The position numbers and the translations under genes are program-made. Shown one piece after another: positions 59,526-64,000 of a stretch of 64,000 nt of DNA (the stretch's first letter is position 1; the number at the start of each line of letters is the position of its first letter). Location of the stretch: contig NMRA01000254.1 in NCBI GenBank assembly GCA_002633005.1, positions 217,722 through 281,721 on the forward strand. The letters run 5' to 3'. Below the pieces are notes generated by a model. That model was not told the DNA's origin, ran no database searches, and was given only the letters and a program-made list of their open reading frames with translations. Source of the DNA: Phoronis australis (taxonomy: Eukaryota > Animalia > Phoronida).

Positions 59526-60779
59526 CCAATCTCGATGGAACACTTTGTTTTTAGTACCGATGTTTGACTATAAATGTATCTTTCGTTTTTTGCTAAAGCA
59601 CGTGGTCACGTGACCCAAGTAATGCCATATTAATAAAAATTCAAACATAAAATTTTAAAGGGCTTCTGGTTTTAGGAAATCTATACTTTTACCGAGTTAA
59701 AAGCTATCGTTTTGTAGATATGTGGCTACATACAACTGTACACAGACTTGTCTTATCGGTAAGGTCCGACAAGGGCACAGAGTAGTCAAATTAACAATTT
59801 TATGACTGATTTTTGAAATAGCCACGCCGTATTCAAATTCACTATAACACCAGACGGCGATCAGGTCTTTGATGGACAGGCGTTCAGCGCCACCTACAGA
59901 TCCCATGTAATGGGGACGGGGGGTTTCAACCAACTGGTATATGTTGTGTGTTTTAAAGCATCTTTCCTGCTATCATAATGCCAACAAATTTCATCTGTTG
60001 TGTATTAATGCCTTAAGGAAAAAGGCCAACAATGGATGAAGGACATCGAAGTTCCCCATAATTCCCACTGACTGAGAAAACGAATCTGCGCCAAAGCCAG
60101 TGGATACGGTGGATAAAGCGGGAGAATTTCTATCATAGCTTGTGTCAGAAATCTAAAATTAGTTAATGAACTTAAACTAATCAAACAAGAGGAGTGGCTG
60201 ATAGTGGTATTTTTCCTTGGTTTTTAACTTAATGAACCACTTAGTAAAAATTGAATTTCTCTCCATCAAATCTGAGTTGGGATGAAGCGGAAATCACTTT
60301 GGTACTCTCATTACTCTAGAGAGCGCTACATGAATATGAAAAGTCCCTAATGTCTACGATGTTGCTTGGCAGCTATATCAAATGTGTTTTAATGTCACTC
60401 TCTATAGTTTCCTTGTGTTACTAGCTTCCCTCCGAATAATAATAATAATAACACATAAAATTGTGTTATGCCTATTCACACAAGCTGTGCAACTGATACG
60501 ACAGTCAGCTCAGTGAGTTTCTAAATAAGGAGGCAATAATAACCTGGCAATAATTATTATTAGTTTACTCTACGTCCGCTGCGTGTTTCCGTCCACTTGA
60601 AAGAAGCGAAGAGACGTAGAAGGAACTGTTCAAACACTTTGTGGCAAACAAGTGGAAGATGAACCCGAACGGTGAAAACATTTGATTTAAACCAAGACTG
60701 CTGCTATAAGATTGATTTCAATTTGTCTCTCCTCACTGGAGATTTAGCGAGATTTCCGGGCTTAAGGCTGTCACTGTTT

Positions 60780-61353
60780 CTCGCTGGTTCCCTGCGTGCC
60801 GCTAGGTGGGGCGGTAGCCGCGCCAGCACGCAGGTATCACTTAAATTTCCTCTGTAAATTTTTTTACACCGGAGTTTCTGATTGGCTAGTCGATTCGTCA
60901 ACAGGCAGCGCTTTGCGCAAACAAACTGGCATGGCTGATGGACTGAAGTGTAAATGTGGTCTGTTGTACAGACAAACCGGTGCTTAAAATTATGTTCAGG
61001 AAATGTGAAGCCTAGAAATTGTGATTGAGCCTTTTCGGAATGCATCTTTCTACTGTCGATGACTTTTGTTTACGATAGTGTCTTTATACAGTATGAATAA
61101 CACACCGTAATATGTGTTTATTGTGCATGTATGTGCTTCAAGCACGGGGCTATTAAACATCACTGCACAAACGAAATAGTTGCTGCGACGCCACTTGCAT
61201 GACAAGGCTAAAATCATTCACAGTCTGCCATTTTTTTCACGGTGTTGTAAAGCTAACCAATGACTGCCAAGATTACATCGACCAATGCTAAAGCGCGTGC
61301 CACTGCGTGATACCTGCGTGCTGGCTGGGCTAAGCACGCAGGGAACCAGCGAG
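60780..61353. mobile_element. Complete non-autonomous TIR element with a 10-bp target-site duplication (Mutator/MULE-like)
   Basis: TIRs ctcgctggttccctgcgtgc/gcacgcagggaaccagcgag; gtcactgttt directly flanks both ends (60770-60779 and 61354-61363). Confidence 0.8.
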
Positions 61354-61916
61354 GTCACTGTTTGTGCGCCAGAACAAGCTGAGTAAAATACGTGGTCTTA
61401 CAGTGCACGTTATGTCTTAGACTCAAATACTCATGACTTGTCCGTTATTCCCAGGCCTAAAAATCTCTTTGTATATTAGTAAATCTGAAACTTAACCCTG
61501 GCTGTCCCAGACTTGGCCCAGGGTCTAATGCCCGCAATTGAAATCGTGCTTGAAGTATTTTTTCATTCTCTGTTCTATTTCTAAAAGGACAGTGTCGTTT
61601 TTGGAGATTAGTACTAAATTATACTTTTGAAACTATTAGCTCTGATTAGAGCTATAGAACACAAAAACCTTGGTGTTTATGTGACGGTATTACAAATCGC
61701 TAGTTAATGCTGATGTGTGCTCTAATTAATCGAGTGAGATTTAACTCAGCCAGCAGAGCGTTTGGCTGCGACTACGAAAGCTTCCGTTTCGAATCCACGC
61801 TGGGGCTGTTCTCAGACAATTAATTTCCCTGATAATGGCACTTTATATACACTCAAAACAAAATATTCTGTGTTCGAGTATATTATGCTTTAAGCAGGTA
61901 AGTGTCATGTTCAAAT

Positions 61917-62042
61917 TTGCACTTGATGACCCCTTTATTCGAGTTACAAACCCGAGTATAACCTACAAATCTCACGTGAAGATTTGAGACGTCTTGTTCA
62001 GACTCGAATTTACAGCTTTTATGCTTGGGTCATCAAGTGCAA
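61917..62042. mobile_element. MITE with perfect 16-bp TIRs
   Basis: ttgcacttgatgaccc/gggtcatcaagtgcaa; related copy at 21638-21745. Confidence 0.75.
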
Positions 62043-63682
62043 TTAGACAGTCATTCATGTAAACTTCACCAAGGAATAATGAACAACTATCGAGTGTAGA
62101 ATGGAAGTGGCAACCCTAATTATGAATTCGAATTCTAAAACAAATATTAGAGCATTGCTTTATTATGGTGATTTTAAGGGACATGATCGATTTTAAGGCC
62201 GAAAAACGTTTTTTTTTTGGGTGGAATTGCTGTTGGGTGGTATGGATTTCTTGAAGTAATTAGTTTTGACCAGAGCTATTAAACAATAAAATACATGAAC
62301 GATGTGGTTTTGTGATTATATTTCAAATTGCCAATTCATACCGTTGTCTGTCAGATATTCGCTATACTCAGGGCCGACGATTTTACCTGTTAACTATGCT
62401 CAAAATACTCTCCTGATTTATCGAGTGGCAGTTTGGCTGCGACCTAGGAGGTCCCAGGGTCCATTCCATAGCTTACATGTACCTCTATAAAACTGGTTTA
62501 TGGTCTTGGAGAAAACGGACAGATCGTTATTGTTATAGTCTATGCCTGGTTCATCAACTGACCTCCAGCCAAACAACATGGAACTATCATTCTTTTTCAA
62601 CATCAGAAAAACGTTCAATTTGAGTAAGGAGCGGATTGGAGACCAACTCCAAACCGGAAAAGGCCTCATTCAAAAGTTTGTTTCTGACTGAAAGCGCGTG
62701 CTGCAGGCTTAAGGGCGCTGCCATTACCTACATGTAAGGCCAAGATTAGTTGGCGAAAAATACTCCCGAGGATATTCGCAGAGAAACTATATCTTTTCAG
62801 GAAGAACCCTAAGTGTGAGCTATGACTGTTTTTGCAATTAATTTCACCAGTAAATCCATTTTAATTTACCTGCAATATTGTGAGTGTTCAACGAATTAGT
62901 GATATGATTACTAACGTGGCCGACAGGAAGCCTTTATGAGCGCTAATTTCAATGTCGTCGTATAAAAATTCCAAACCGATCACTGTGAAATTTTTATGTG
63001 ACGGCAGATCAGACGTTTGACTGAGGTGTAAAACAGCAAAATATGCCGTGTTTCCGATTTTGTTGCAAATTGCCAGTCAATCGAAATCGAGGCAGCTGGG
63101 TAGCAAATTTCTCAAGAAAGCCAGAGTTTGTGACCATTTTGAAAAGCAAATTCAGGGCGTGCCATAAATCAGTGTAAATCCATTTCGACTACATCTATGT
63201 ACATCTTGAGCAGGAATTTCTCAGTGTGAATGCCTATCTGTTAATTTGTTCGATGCTAGAAGTTTAGGGGCGAATGTTCGAACGGTACTGAGTGAGGAGA
63301 CATTTAGATGCCTAGTTCTAATCTGATACCTACTTGTCTAGCCCGTTTCATCGCAAGACAATGGCACGAAAGTAGAACGGACTATCCCTAAAAAGGATTT
63401 TTACTGATGCTTAGCGAAACGTAACCGTGAACATGAGTACACTGCATTTACTTACTCTCTGCACTCTGGCAAAAAGAAAATTGTACTACATTATTTTTAT
63501 TCTAAACCATGTGGGCAAAACGTCACGAGTCACGACATCATAGAGTGGATATGTCATTCTCAACTACAGCTTGACCCAAGGGCGGTGTCGAACTCAAGAC
63601 CCGTGCGTCTGTAGCCTAAAGTACTTCTTGCAAACTCATTGATCTCGATTTCAGCTTGAGTCTGGCAGACAACGGATGGAAT

Positions 63683-64000
63683 CTCGCTGGTTCCCTGCGT
63701 GCCGCTAGGTGGGGCGGTAGCCGCGCCAGCACGCAGGTATCACTTAATTTTCCTCGGTAAATTTTTTTACACCGGCGTTTCTGATTGGCTAGTCGAATTC
63801 TCAACAGGCAGCGCTTTACGCAAATAACTGGCATGACTGATGGACTGAAGTGTAAATGTGGTCTGTTGTTCAGACAAATCGGTGCTTAAAATTTATGTTC
63901 AGGAAATGTGAAGCCTAGAAATTGTGATTGCGCCTTTACGGAATGCATCTTTCTACTGTCGATGACTTTTGTTTACGATAGTGTCCTGTATTCATACAGT
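63683..64000. mobile_element. Second copy (left part) of the 60780-61353 element
   Basis: About 300 bp highly similar to 60780-61085, reaching the window edge. Confidence 0.85.

Overview
Animal genomic DNA (AT-rich, spliceosomal introns; probably an invertebrate bilaterian, which is an inference). Bases 238-25135 (+) hold the 3' part of one multi-exon gene. I traced 23 exons with GT/AG junctions and mutually compatible phases (about 5.0 kb of CDS, about 1,675 aa; the 5' end lies upstream of the window). The product is neurexin-derived: end of an LNS4-like domain, LNS5, then three tandem EGF-LNS6-like modules, a Pro/Gly/Ala stalk and a neurexin-like TM helix. Instead of the short PDZ-binding neurexin tail, it has a long Gly/Ala/Met/Ser low-complexity linker and a C-terminal WD40 beta-propeller of about 7-8 repeats. 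This neurexin-WD40 receptor is the main candidate for an undescribed system. The introns and the remaining ~36 kb contain no other supportable host gene. They are filled with MITEs and non-autonomous DNA transposons, degenerate Academ-like and THAP transposase fragments, a Helentron/HINE-like repeat carrying CTCF-like motifs, tRNA-derived elements, minisatellites and one assembly gap. All homology calls are by eye from recalled family motifs; no searches were run.
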